Assembly: GCA_963846775.1 (NCBI GenBank)
Contig: CAWJXB010000006.1
Coordinates: 1,702,990 to 1,766,989 of the forward strand
DNA: 64,000 nucleotides
Direction of reading: 5' to 3'
Source of the DNA: an uncultured Verrucomicrobiae bacterium
Lineage (GTDB): Bacteria; Verrucomicrobiota; Verrucomicrobiia; Chthoniobacterales; UBA10450
Under the pieces are notes generated by a model. It searched no databases. It worked only from the letters and a program-made list of their open reading frames with translations, and was not told the origin of the DNA. The translations under genes were made by a program, and so were the position numbers. Positions 1 through 8,250 of this stretch are shown piece after piece; within the stretch, counting starts at the first letter, position 1, and every line of letters begins with the position of its first letter.

Positions 1-829
1 CGACGACGGCCATTGCGTTCAAAACCACGAGCTGATGCGGCGCGCGGTTGAGTACGCCCGGATGTTCGATTTGCCTGTGCTCGATCATTGTCAGGATTAC
101 GATCTCGTCGGCAACGGTCTCGTGCACGAAGGACACTGGAGCACGCTCCTTGGTTTGCCTGGTTGGCCCGCAGCGGGAGAGGAAGCGATCGTAATGCGCA
201 ACATTTTGCTGGCGGACCTTTGCCAGCACCACATCCATTGCCAGCATATCAGCGCTGCGGGAAGTGTAAGCTTGATCCGCCAAGCGCGCACGAGAGGCGT
301 GAAAATCAGCGGGGAAGTTTGCCCTCACCACGTCGCATTGACCGATGAGTCGATCCAAAATTTTGATACGAATTACAAAATGAATCCACCGTTGCGCTCG
401 CAGCGCGATGTCGATGCGATCATCGAGGGTGTCGCCGACGGCACATTGTCGATCCTGTGCTCGGACCATGCTCCGCACGCGCACTTCGAAAAAGAAGTCG
501 AGTTCGATATGGCCCCATTCGGTATTCTCGGCTTGGAAACGGAGCTGGGGATTTTTCTCGATCTTCTCGTTCACAAACATCGCAAGATCGACCTCTCGCG
601 TCTGATTGAGATGTACACGGTCGAGCCGGCGCGCTTGCTCAGACTCGAGGCTGGCACGCTATCGATTGGGGCAAAGGCCGATGTGACGTTGATCGATCCC
701 GATTTGGAATGGACCGTTCACATCGACAATTTCCAATCGCTCTCGCGCAATTCTCCCTATCACGGCTGGAAATTGAAAGGCCGGGCGGTGCGGACAATCG
801 TCGCCGGACAAACCGTGTGGAAGTTGTAG
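1..829 (+). CDS. pyrC: dihydroorotase, C-terminal part (gene starts upstream of window)
   Basis: ORF open to the window edge. Amidohydrolase C-terminal region with the metal-ligand motif (LCSDHAPH) typical of PyrC-type dihydroorotases. Confidence 0.85.
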   Translation, partial: DDGHCVQNHELMRRAVEYARMFDLPVLDHCQDYDLVGNGLVHEGHWSTLLGLPGWPAAGEEAIVMRNILLADLCQHHIHCQHISAAGSVSLIRQARTRGVKISGEVCPHHVALTDESIQNFDTNYKMNPPLRSQRDVDAIIEGVADGTLSILCSDHAPHAHFEKEVEFDMAPFGILGLETELGIFLDLLVHKHRKIDLSRLIEMYTVEPARLLRLEAGTLSIGAKADVTLIDPDLEWTVHIDNFQSLSRNSPYHGWKLKGRAVRTIVAGQTVWKL

Positions 830-848
830 CAGCGGTCTGTGACAAACT
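826..848. repeat. REP-like palindromic unit (reverse orientation, truncated), overlapping pyrC stop
   Basis: gTAGcagcggtctgtgacaaac matches the reverse complement of GCGACGGTCACAGACCGCCGCTACA. Its TAG is the pyrC stop codon. Confidence 0.6.
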
Positions 849-889
849 CGGAATGCGATTTACAAGGCGCTTGGCACAGCGCCTCTCCA

Positions 890-1339
890 TCATCCGGTGT
901 AACCGCCGTGGATATAACTCTCCAGATGCGCGATGGTGGCGCTCTGGCACGAGATGATGTGCTTGACCAGGTCGCCAATGGAGATCACCCCGACAACCGT
1001 TCCGCCATCGACCACGGGTAAATGCCGAATGTGTTTGTCGGTCATCATGTGCAGACACTTCTCCACCGGCTCGCGCGGATGGGCGACGGTCACGTTCGGC
1101 GACATGATTTCAGCCACCTGCGTTTCGCGCGAGCGTTTCCCGCGCAGAAAAACTTTGCGGGTGTAATCGCGCTCGGAAATGATGCCCACCAGGCGCTCGG
1201 CCTCCATCACCAAAAGCGCGCCAACGTTCTTGCGGTCCATCATCTCGATCGCTTCGAACACTGTCGCGTCGTGCGCGATCGAGTAAATCTCATCGCTCTT
1301 GCTGTGCAGGATCGCGTCGATGGTGCCGCCAACGTCCAT
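890..1339 (-). CDS. CBS-pair domain protein
   Basis: Two tandem CBS motifs (TVFEAIEMM..., HLPVVDGG.VVGVISIGDLVK). Start taken at the internal Met (MDVGGT); the upstream 21 codons look non-coding. Confidence 0.7.
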   Translation of the reverse strand: MDVGGTIDAILHSKSDEIYSIAHDATVFEAIEMMDRKNVGALLVMEAERLVGIISERDYTRKVFLRGKRSRETQVAEIMSPNVTVAHPREPVEKCLHMMTDKHIRHLPVVDGGTVVGVISIGDLVKHIISCQSATIAHLESYIHGGYTG

Positions 1340-1608
1340 ATTCAACTCCAAGCCAATTAGGGCCAGAATCTTAGAATAGGGCAGTCCGGGGAGGGATGGC
1401 AATCAAATTCGCGGAGGTTCAGCGAGTCGGGGTGAGTATTATTGATGGTCAGTCGGACCGATCACCCTCACCTCAGTCCTCTTCCTTTGAGGGAGAGGAG
1501 GACACAGGCCACGAGTCACTTGGGGTTCAGGTCGGGAGGTCACACGCGAAGCGGCCAGGTCAGGGTTGTTTCGAATGTTCTTTCTTTCCATGAGAACGCA
1601 TTTCTTCG

Positions 1609-2781
1609 TTAACGTCCCGGCATCATCTCGAGCAAAACGCCTCTGAAATATTCCGTCTCGGGGATAGTCGGTAAAACCGGATGATCCAACGCTTGCTCGA
1701 AATGGCGTAATCTTCTGGCCGAGCGCCGAACATCGACCAGCGCGTCGGCAATGGTCTGCGAGAAGGCCGCATCGCTCACGTGATGTGAGCAGGAAAAAGT
1801 CGCGAGCAATCCGTCTTTCGACAGCAGCTTGAATGCGCGCACGTGTAACTCGCGATAGCCGCGCAAGGCATCGCGCAATCCGCTCTTGGTTTTCGTAAAC
1901 GATGGCGGATCAAGCACAATCAAATCGTATTGCGCTTCTGCTTTACCGGCATCGCGCAGAAACTGAAATACGTCCGCCTCGGTCCAGCGCACATTTGTTT
2001 TGTTACGCTCGGCGTTCCGTTTCGCCGCGGACAGATTATGGGAGCTTTCATCAACCGCCGTCACCTCCGCCGCGCTCGCGCGCGCGCAGATGAGCGCAAA
2101 CGCGCCTTGATTTGTGAAACAATCGAGCACGCGGCGGCCTTTCGCGTGTTGGGCCACGATCTCGTAATTTTGCCGTTGATCGAGATAGAAACCGGTCTTG
2201 TGTCCGCGCAGAAGATCGACCGCGAACTTTGCGCCGGCGATGTCGATCTCGATTAGCGCCGACGGCGCCGCGCTTGCCAAGACGCCAGTGCGCAATTCTA
2301 ATCCTTCGGCTTTTCGAATTGGCGCATCGTTGCGCTCGATGATTGTGACCTTCCCGAAAAGATCGACAATGGCCTCGGCGATCAAATTCTTCCGCAAATC
2401 CATTGCCAGGGTCAGCGTTTGTAAAACAAGATGATCGCCGTAACAATCGAGGACTACGCCGGGCAGACCGTCGCTCTCGCTCCAGACGATACGTCGCAAT
2501 TTAGGATCGACACCGCGCCGGTCGCGATACTCCGACGCCTGGGCAATCCGGCGCTTGAAAAAATCGAGATCGAGGTCCTGCTTTCGCCGCGAAAACCGGC
2601 GCGCCACGATCTGTGATTTCGAATTGTAAATCGCGCTTCCGATCAAATGATCGCGTCCGTCCTTGAGAGAAATCACATCGCCATCAGCCGGTTTGCCGAA
2701 AACTTTCAGCACCTCGCTGGAAAAAACCCAGTCGTGTCCGTGCAAAATTTGCGCGCGGGGTTTGACGACGAGTCCAGCCAT
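1609..2781 (-). CDS. rlmI: SAM-dependent 23S rRNA (cytosine-C5) methyltransferase, RlmI-like (PUA + class I MTase)
   Basis: N-terminal PUA-like region, central DPPSF and C-terminal class I MTase motifs, ~390 aa. Start set at the internal ATG (MAGLVVKP). Confidence 0.75.
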   Translation of the reverse strand: MAGLVVKPRAQILHGHDWVFSSEVLKVFGKPADGDVISLKDGRDHLIGSAIYNSKSQIVARRFSRRKQDLDLDFFKRRIAQASEYRDRRGVDPKLRRIVWSESDGLPGVVLDCYGDHLVLQTLTLAMDLRKNLIAEAIVDLFGKVTIIERNDAPIRKAEGLELRTGVLASAAPSALIEIDIAGAKFAVDLLRGHKTGFYLDQRQNYEIVAQHAKGRRVLDCFTNQGAFALICARASAAEVTAVDESSHNLSAAKRNAERNKTNVRWTEADVFQFLRDAGKAEAQYDLIVLDPPSFTKTKSGLRDALRGYRELHVRAFKLLSKDGLLATFSCSHHVSDAAFSQTIADALVDVRRSARRLRHFEQALDHPVLPTIPETEYFRGVLLEMMPGR

Positions 2782-2788
2782 ATTTAGA

Positions 2789-2850
2789 AAGTGAGAAGTG
2801 AGAAGTGAATGGTGAGAAGATAATCCCCAACCACGTCTCACTTCTCACTA
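2789..2850. repeat. tandem heptamer array (GTGAGAA x4) with inverted partner forming hairpin between divergent rlmI and purC starts
   Basis: gtgagaa gtgagaa gtgaatg gtgagaa ... tctcacttctcac; period 7, arms complementary. Confidence 0.7.
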
Positions 2851-2863
2851 ATCACAGCCGTTT

Positions 2864-3808
2864 ATGCAAACCTCGCCTCAAAGCTCAATCGATCTGACCG
2901 GAATCAAAAAACTGCGCAGCGGCAAGGTGCGCGAAGTTTTCGATCTCGGCGACACGCTTCTGTTCGTTGTGACCGACCGGCTTTCGGCGTTTGACGTGAT
3001 TTTATCCGACCCTATCCCGCACAAGGGCGCGGTGTTGAATCAGCTCTCCGCCTTCTGGTTCAAACGCTTCGGCAACTCCGACAGCCGTCGCGAGCAGGGC
3101 ATCGACAATCATTTTGTCACGGCAAACTTTGACGAATTTCCGGAGAATTTGCAGCCGTTCCGCGATCAACTTGCCGGACGTTCGATGATTGTCCGTAAAA
3201 CAAGACCGCTCCCGGTCGAATGTGTGGTGCGCGGTTATCTGGCCGGCTCCGGCTGGAAGGAATATCAGGAATCGCAAAGCGTATGCGGAATCAAATTGCC
3301 GGCGGGTTTGCAGCTCGCCTCGAAGTTACCGGAACCGATTTTCACGCCTGCGACCAAGGCCGAGGAAGGCCACGACGAAAACATCGACATGAAACGTTGC
3401 GCGCAGATTCTCGGCCCAAAAACGGCAGAGCAAGTGAAGAAGCTCAGTCTCGAGATTTACTCGCGCGGGCGGGATCACGCGGCGCAGCACGGGATCATCG
3501 TGGCCGATACGAAATTCGAATTCGGACAGATCGATCCGCCGCAGGACGGATCCGCCGTGGCGAACAATTGCTTGCTGTTGATTGACGAATGTCTTACGCC
3601 GGATTCGTCGCGGTTTTGGCCGGCTGATCAATATGTCGTCGGCCAAAGCCCGCCCAGTTTCGATAAACAATTTGTCCGCGACTATCTGGAAACGCTCGAT
3701 TGGGACAAAACCCCGCCCGCGCCGAAGTTGCCCGCCGACGTGATCGCGCGCACGGCAGCGAAGTATGTCGAAGCGTTCGAGCGATTGACTGGTGAGAGGT
3801 TAAGGTAG
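2864..3808 (+). CDS. purC: phosphoribosylaminoimidazole-succinocarboxamide (SAICAR) synthase
   Basis: Long-form PurC signatures (GKVREVFD, VVTDRLSAFDV, ADTKFEFG), 314 aa. Confidence 0.9.
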   Translation: MQTSPQSSIDLTGIKKLRSGKVREVFDLGDTLLFVVTDRLSAFDVILSDPIPHKGAVLNQLSAFWFKRFGNSDSRREQGIDNHFVTANFDEFPENLQPFRDQLAGRSMIVRKTRPLPVECVVRGYLAGSGWKEYQESQSVCGIKLPAGLQLASKLPEPIFTPATKAEEGHDENIDMKRCAQILGPKTAEQVKKLSLEIYSRGRDHAAQHGIIVADTKFEFGQIDPPQDGSAVANNCLLLIDECLTPDSSRFWPADQYVVGQSPPSFDKQFVRDYLETLDWDKTPPAPKLPADVIARTAAKYVEAFERLTGERLR

Positions 3809-3840
3809 GGCGCGCGGGCACTGCTTTTCCCAAGAACACG

Positions 3841-3866
3841 GCGACGGTCACAGACCGCCGCTACAG
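3841..3866. repeat. REP-like palindromic unit (forward), overlapping mdh stop
   Basis: gcgacggtcacagaccgccgCTAcag. The CTA is the reverse complement of the mdh TAG stop. Confidence 0.7.
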
Positions 3867-4841
3867 TAAGTCACTCACGAGCGATTTTTCTTCCTTCAAT
3901 TCGGCGACCGTCTTGTCGATCTTGTCGCGGCTGAATTCATTGATCGGGACACCTTGGACGATTTGCCATTTGCCGCCGTGGACGCGCACGGGAAACGATG
4001 AAATCAATCCTCGATCGACATGGTAACTTCCATCCGAACAAACGGCGACGCTATGCCAATCGTCACCGGCGGTGTCCTCCGTTAACGAGCGAACGCTGCC
4101 GATGACAGCGTTTGCGGCGGAAGCGGCCGAGGAAAGCCCGCGCGCTTTGATGACAGCAGCACCGCGTTGTTGCACCGTGGCGATGAAATCTTCCTTTAAC
4201 CATTTCTCGTCGCCGATGATCTCGCTGGCCGGGCGATTGTCGATCTTGGCGTTGTAAAAATCAGGATACTGGGTGGAGGAATGATTGCCCCAGATCGTCA
4301 TGTTCGTGACACGCGTAATCTGGACGCCGGCCTTGTGCGCAAGCTGAGCGCGGGACCGGTTTTCATCCAGTCGCGTCATGGCAAACCAGCGATCGGTCGG
4401 AATTTCCTTTGCGTTGTTCATCGCAATCAGGCAATTCGTGTTGCACGGATTTCCTATGACGAGAACGCGCACATCGGCGGCGGCATTCTTTTGCATCGCC
4501 TGCCCCTGGCCGATGAAAATTTTGCCGTTGATGCCGAGCAAATCTTTCCGTTCCATGCCGGCCTTGCGCGGGACGCTGCCGACGAGCAAGGCCCAGTTAA
4601 TGTCGCGAAAGCCTTCGTCGAGATCGGCTGTCGGCACGATCGAGTGGAGCAGCGGAAAGGCACAATCGTGCAGTTCCATTACCACGCCTTCGAGCGCACC
4701 AAGCGCGGGCGGGATTTCGACCAGATGGAGCGAGACGGGCTGGTCCTGGCCAAACATTTCGCCCGAAGCGATCCGGAAAACCAGCGCATAACCAATGTGA
4801 CCGGCCGCGCCGGTGACAGCGACTTTGATGGGTGACTTCAT
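3861..4841 (-). CDS. mdh: malate dehydrogenase (NAD), LDH2-family
   Basis: N-terminal Rossmann motif [12 protein letters not shown], catalytic region IWGNHS, 326 aa. Confidence 0.9.
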   Translation of the reverse strand: MKSPIKVAVTGAAGHIGYALVFRIASGEMFGQDQPVSLHLVEIPPALGALEGVVMELHDCAFPLLHSIVPTADLDEGFRDINWALLVGSVPRKAGMERKDLLGINGKIFIGQGQAMQKNAAADVRVLVIGNPCNTNCLIAMNNAKEIPTDRWFAMTRLDENRSRAQLAHKAGVQITRVTNMTIWGNHSSTQYPDFYNAKIDNRPASEIIGDEKWLKEDFIATVQQRGAAVIKARGLSSAASAANAVIGSVRSLTEDTAGDDWHSVAVCSDGSYHVDRGLISSFPVRVHGGKWQIVQGVPINEFSRDKIDKTVAELKEEKSLVSDLL

Positions 4842-4884
4842 GATTCAATTAGCCACAGGGTCTGCCTTGGGCAATCCGGAAGGA

Positions 4885-5003
4885 TCAATGACGAATGTCG
4901 AATGTCTAATGACGAAGAAATGACGAAATCCAAATGACGAAAGTGATTCCTCGCTGCCTTTCGTCATTCATGAATTCGGATTTTCTTCGTCCATCGTCAT
5001 TAC
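4885..5003. repeat. tandem heptamer/octamer array (AATGACG-type) with inverted partner; long imperfect hairpin between malQ stop and mdh start
   Basis: aatgacg aatgtcg aatgtct aatgacg aag aaatgacg aaatcc aaatgacg aaag | ctttcgtcattcatgaattcggattttcttcgtccatcgtcatt. Confidence 0.7.
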
Positions 5004-6691
5004 GCGCGTCCCGTTTTCTCCAGCAACTTGCGAATCAGCGCCATTCGTTTTCGTTCCGCTCGGCTGGCGCGCAACTGCGCAATCGAGCGGTGCATTCGAC
5101 GCGTCCAATTCCCCGAAGCAGCGGTGCCGGGCACGTTGAAGCGATACTTGCACGCGAGCAGATCGGTGATCATGACCGAGGCGATCCACGATTCGCTCCG
5201 AAACAGCGCTTCCATGATCCGCGGATAAAAATCGCGGCTGTAATCGATCGATTCGCCCTTCGGCTGGAATCCGGCAAACTCGGCGATTTTGTTGAGAGCG
5301 TCGATGGATTGCTCCGATGTCGATGTGGGGTGCTCAATCGCCTCTTCCCACAACTTGCGTAACGGTTTGTGATCGTGCGTGGCGTAAGTCGCTACCGAGA
5401 CGCGATTGTATTCGCTCCCAGGGGTGACCCGGCCATGATACACTTCCCATTGCGGGATTTTGAATCCGGCGATTCCTAACGAGCGCAGACTGGGGCGGAC
5501 ATAATCGGGTACCGTCCCCAAATCTTCGCCAATTACCCGCGCGTCGCCCGACTCCTCCAGGACGGCGCGCAAATATTCTTCGCCTTCGCGCAAATTCGCG
5601 GCGCACTCTTCCGGATTGGAATCATTCCGCGGCGCAAAATGCGGGGCACGGCCGCCGGTCTTGGCCAACATCTCATTCCATTCCAGTGCCAGGAATTTTC
5701 GATTCTGCGATGGTCGCCACGGGAAAGCATAGATCCGATAAAAGCCGAGGACGTGATCGATCCGGAAAAGATGAAAAATGCGGCGGACAAAGCGGACCCG
5801 TTCCCGCCACCAATCGAAACGGCGCGTCCGCATCGCGTCCCAGCGATAAAGAGGGATGCCCCAGTTTTGTCCCCATTTTTGTGTAAACTTATCGTCTTTG
5901 AAGTATGGCTCCGGCGGCGCGCCGCCTGACCAGTCGAGCGCAAACTCGTCGTGCCGAGCAAAGACATCGGCGCTGTAGTAACTGATGCCGAACGGAATGT
6001 CGCCCATCAATGCCACACCGCGCTCTTCGGCGAACGCTTTGATCGCGCGCCACTGTTCGTGCGCGATCCATTGCACATAGCGAAAGAAATTCTCCCGCTT
6101 GGCAAATGCCGATTGTCGATCCAGCGGCAAATTGCATAACCACTCCCGCGCCGATCCCGGCGAGGGCGTCGGCCATCGGTCCCACGTTTCGTGCTCGCCA
6201 TTCTCTTCCATCAAGGCGCGGAACAGGGCGTAATGGTTCAGCCACGCCGCTTCTTTTTCACAAAATTTCCCGAAACTCGATTCGCGCTCAGCGCTCGCGT
6301 GGATGCAAAACCGGGCAAACGCGTTCTCCAACAACTGACGATTCAGTTTCCTGGTCTGCGGATATTTCACGGCCCCATGTCGAAGCGCCGCCAGATCGAA
6401 AGTCGTTAGGGTCGCAGAAAAGTCCTCCGCGCTCAAATCTTCCGGGCTGCCTGGCGCTAGATAAATCGTCGTTGGCTCGATCGCCATCGCACTAATGGCG
6501 TTGTAGGGACTGTTGTCACCTCCGATTTCATTGATCGGCAGAAGTTGCACCAGCTTGAACCCGGCGTCGGCTGCCCACTCGATGAATTGCCGCAGCGCCT
6601 CGGTGTCGCCGACTCCAAGATCGTCATCACGGCGCAACGCAAACAACGGCGCCAGAACACCGGCGATTTTCTTTTCGTGGGGGAGATCCAT
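5000..6691 (-). CDS. malQ: 4-alpha-glucanotransferase (amylomaltase, GH77)
   Basis: 563 aa with GH77 catalytic-region motifs (FRIDHVLGF, IGEDLG, ATHDH). Confidence 0.88.
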   Translation of the reverse strand: MDLPHEKKIAGVLAPLFALRRDDDLGVGDTEALRQFIEWAADAGFKLVQLLPINEIGGDNSPYNAISAMAIEPTTIYLAPGSPEDLSAEDFSATLTTFDLAALRHGAVKYPQTRKLNRQLLENAFARFCIHASAERESSFGKFCEKEAAWLNHYALFRALMEENGEHETWDRWPTPSPGSAREWLCNLPLDRQSAFAKRENFFRYVQWIAHEQWRAIKAFAEERGVALMGDIPFGISYYSADVFARHDEFALDWSGGAPPEPYFKDDKFTQKWGQNWGIPLYRWDAMRTRRFDWWRERVRFVRRIFHLFRIDHVLGFYRIYAFPWRPSQNRKFLALEWNEMLAKTGGRAPHFAPRNDSNPEECAANLREGEEYLRAVLEESGDARVIGEDLGTVPDYVRPSLRSLGIAGFKIPQWEVYHGRVTPGSEYNRVSVATYATHDHKPLRKLWEEAIEHPTSTSEQSIDALNKIAEFAGFQPKGESIDYSRDFYPRIMEALFRSESWIASVMITDLLACKYRFNVPGTAASGNWTRRMHRSIAQLRASRAERKRMALIRKLLEKTGRA

Positions 6692-6698
6692 TTGGGAA

Positions 6699-6788
6699 GG
6701 TGAGAAGTGATCAGTGATCCGCGATCCGTGAACAGTTTACGCAGCGTTGCTTCATGCTGATCACTGATCACCGATCACAACTCTATTT
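6699..6788. repeat. tandem heptamer array (GTGAnnn x5) with inverted partner; hairpin immediately upstream of malQ start
   Basis: gtgagaa gtgatca gtgatcc gcgatcc gtgaaca ... gatcactgatcaccgatcac. Confidence 0.7.
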
Positions 6789-8151
6789 CGACTCCTGGCG
6801 TAGGCACAATCACCTCCGCGTTAGGCAATTCTGCGCTCAACGTCGCGCGCATCCATTCCACCGCCGACACATCGCCGTGCACGAGCACGACTTTTTGCGG
6901 CGACACCTTCTTCGCGTACGCAATCAACGTCTCGCGCGAGGCGTGGGCGCTGAATTGGAACTGCTTCAAATTGCACCGGACGTGCTGGGGCGCTTCATCT
7001 GGATCGAGCTGAACTTCGCTCCCCGGCGCGGCATCGCGCAGCAATCCCGCCGGAGATTCCGGATCGGCGTAGCCGACAAAAAAGATCGACTGCTGCGGAT
7101 TCTCCACCAGGCGATGCGCGAAAATGTTTGAGAGCGTTTTGGGCGTCATCATTCCGCTGGAGAGCGCATAGACGCGGCCCGGACGCGGCGCCGCGTCGTG
7201 AATCGTTGCGCCATTCAACACGAACGGGGCCATATCATCCATCAACTGCAGACGCGGCAATTGCCTGCGGCTCATTCCGGCGCGGCGATCGTAAATCTTG
7301 GTCATCTTCGAGCTCAAACCTCCGATATAAATCGGAAAATCCCGCTGCAACTGGTCGCGCCTAAATTTGCCAAGCATAGCCAGAACTTCCTGCGTTTTGC
7401 CTAAGGCGAAGACCGGGATGAGCGCGCAGCCACCACCCTGGAAAGCGTCCTCGATCGCTGCGGCCAGAAGGCGTTCTTCGGCAGCGCGCGTCCAATCAGC
7501 CGGTTGAGCGTGATCGCCGCGGGTGCATTCCATGATCAGAATGTCGATCCCTTCGTCGGGAAAGACCGCCGCTTGCATGATCGTTTGATCGTCGAAGTTC
7601 ACATCGCCCGTGTAGAAAACCGTGCCACCTTCGCCGCGGAGCAGAATTCCAGTGGAACCGAGGACGTGACCAGCATCGTAGAGCTCGAAGGACAATGGGC
7701 CGGTCTCGTTCGGCGGGACGCGCTCGCCCGAAATCGAGAGGCGCTGCCGCATCGGACACGACTGCCAAAGATCTGACGCGCGATCGGTCTCACGATGGGT
7801 GAAGAGCGGATACAACATTGTGCCCAGCTCTTCGCGCTGGCGCATCATCACGTTGACGGAGTTATGCAGTAGCACATCGCCAATGTCGGCCGTGGCGTCG
7901 GTCATGAAGACGCGCGCACGCGGTTGCCGTCGCATCAGTACCGGTAACGTCCCGATGTGGTCCTGGTGCGCGTGCGAGATCAGGATCGCGTCAATTGGTC
8001 GATCCGCGATCGGTTTGAAATTTGGTAGCGCATCTTCGCCGACGTTTTTTGGGTGCATCCCGCAATCGAGTACGATCCGGTGCCCCGCGATTTCCAGATA
8101 ATATGAGTTCGCGCCGATCTCAGTGTGCCGCGTCAGATTGATGAATTTCAA
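6775..8151 (-). CDS. MBL-fold metallo-hydrolase, beta-CASP family (RNA-metabolising nuclease-like)
   Basis: HxHxDH metallo-beta-lactamase motif (SHAHQDHIG) plus a beta-CASP-like C-terminal region, 458 aa. Confidence 0.75.
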   Translation of the reverse strand: MKFINLTRHTEIGANSYYLEIAGHRIVLDCGMHPKNVGEDALPNFKPIADRPIDAILISHAHQDHIGTLPVLMRRQPRARVFMTDATADIGDVLLHNSVNVMMRQREELGTMLYPLFTHRETDRASDLWQSCPMRQRLSISGERVPPNETGPLSFELYDAGHVLGSTGILLRGEGGTVFYTGDVNFDDQTIMQAAVFPDEGIDILIMECTRGDHAQPADWTRAAEERLLAAAIEDAFQGGGCALIPVFALGKTQEVLAMLGKFRRDQLQRDFPIYIGGLSSKMTKIYDRRAGMSRRQLPRLQLMDDMAPFVLNGATIHDAAPRPGRVYALSSGMMTPKTLSNIFAHRLVENPQQSIFFVGYADPESPAGLLRDAAPGSEVQLDPDEAPQHVRCNLKQFQFSAHASRETLIAYAKKVSPQKVVLVHGDVSAVEWMRATLSAELPNAEVIVPTPGVEIEL

Positions 8152-8183
8152 GACGGCAAAGCGTTGCGGATACCCCTTGGAAT

Positions 8184-8250
8184 GTAGCGGCGGTCTGTGA
8201 CCGTCGCCATCTCTTGGAAAAAGTTTGCGACGCTCATAGAGCGCCGCTAC
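8184..8250. repeat. REP-like pair (inverted + forward unit with ~18-bp spacer)
   Basis: gtagcggcggtctgtgaccgtcgc ... tgcgacgctcatagagcgccgCTAca. The second unit supplies the dipeptidase stop codon. Confidence 0.7.

Noticed and set aside
2789-6788. Heptamer arrays as a degenerate CRISPR array or as phase-variable SSR tracts
   Set aside because: Units are 7 bp with only 4-6 copies and no spacers, so not CRISPR. They lie outside coding regions, and at 4-5 copies are short for efficient slippage. The consistent pairing with an inverted copy points to RNA/DNA structure instead.
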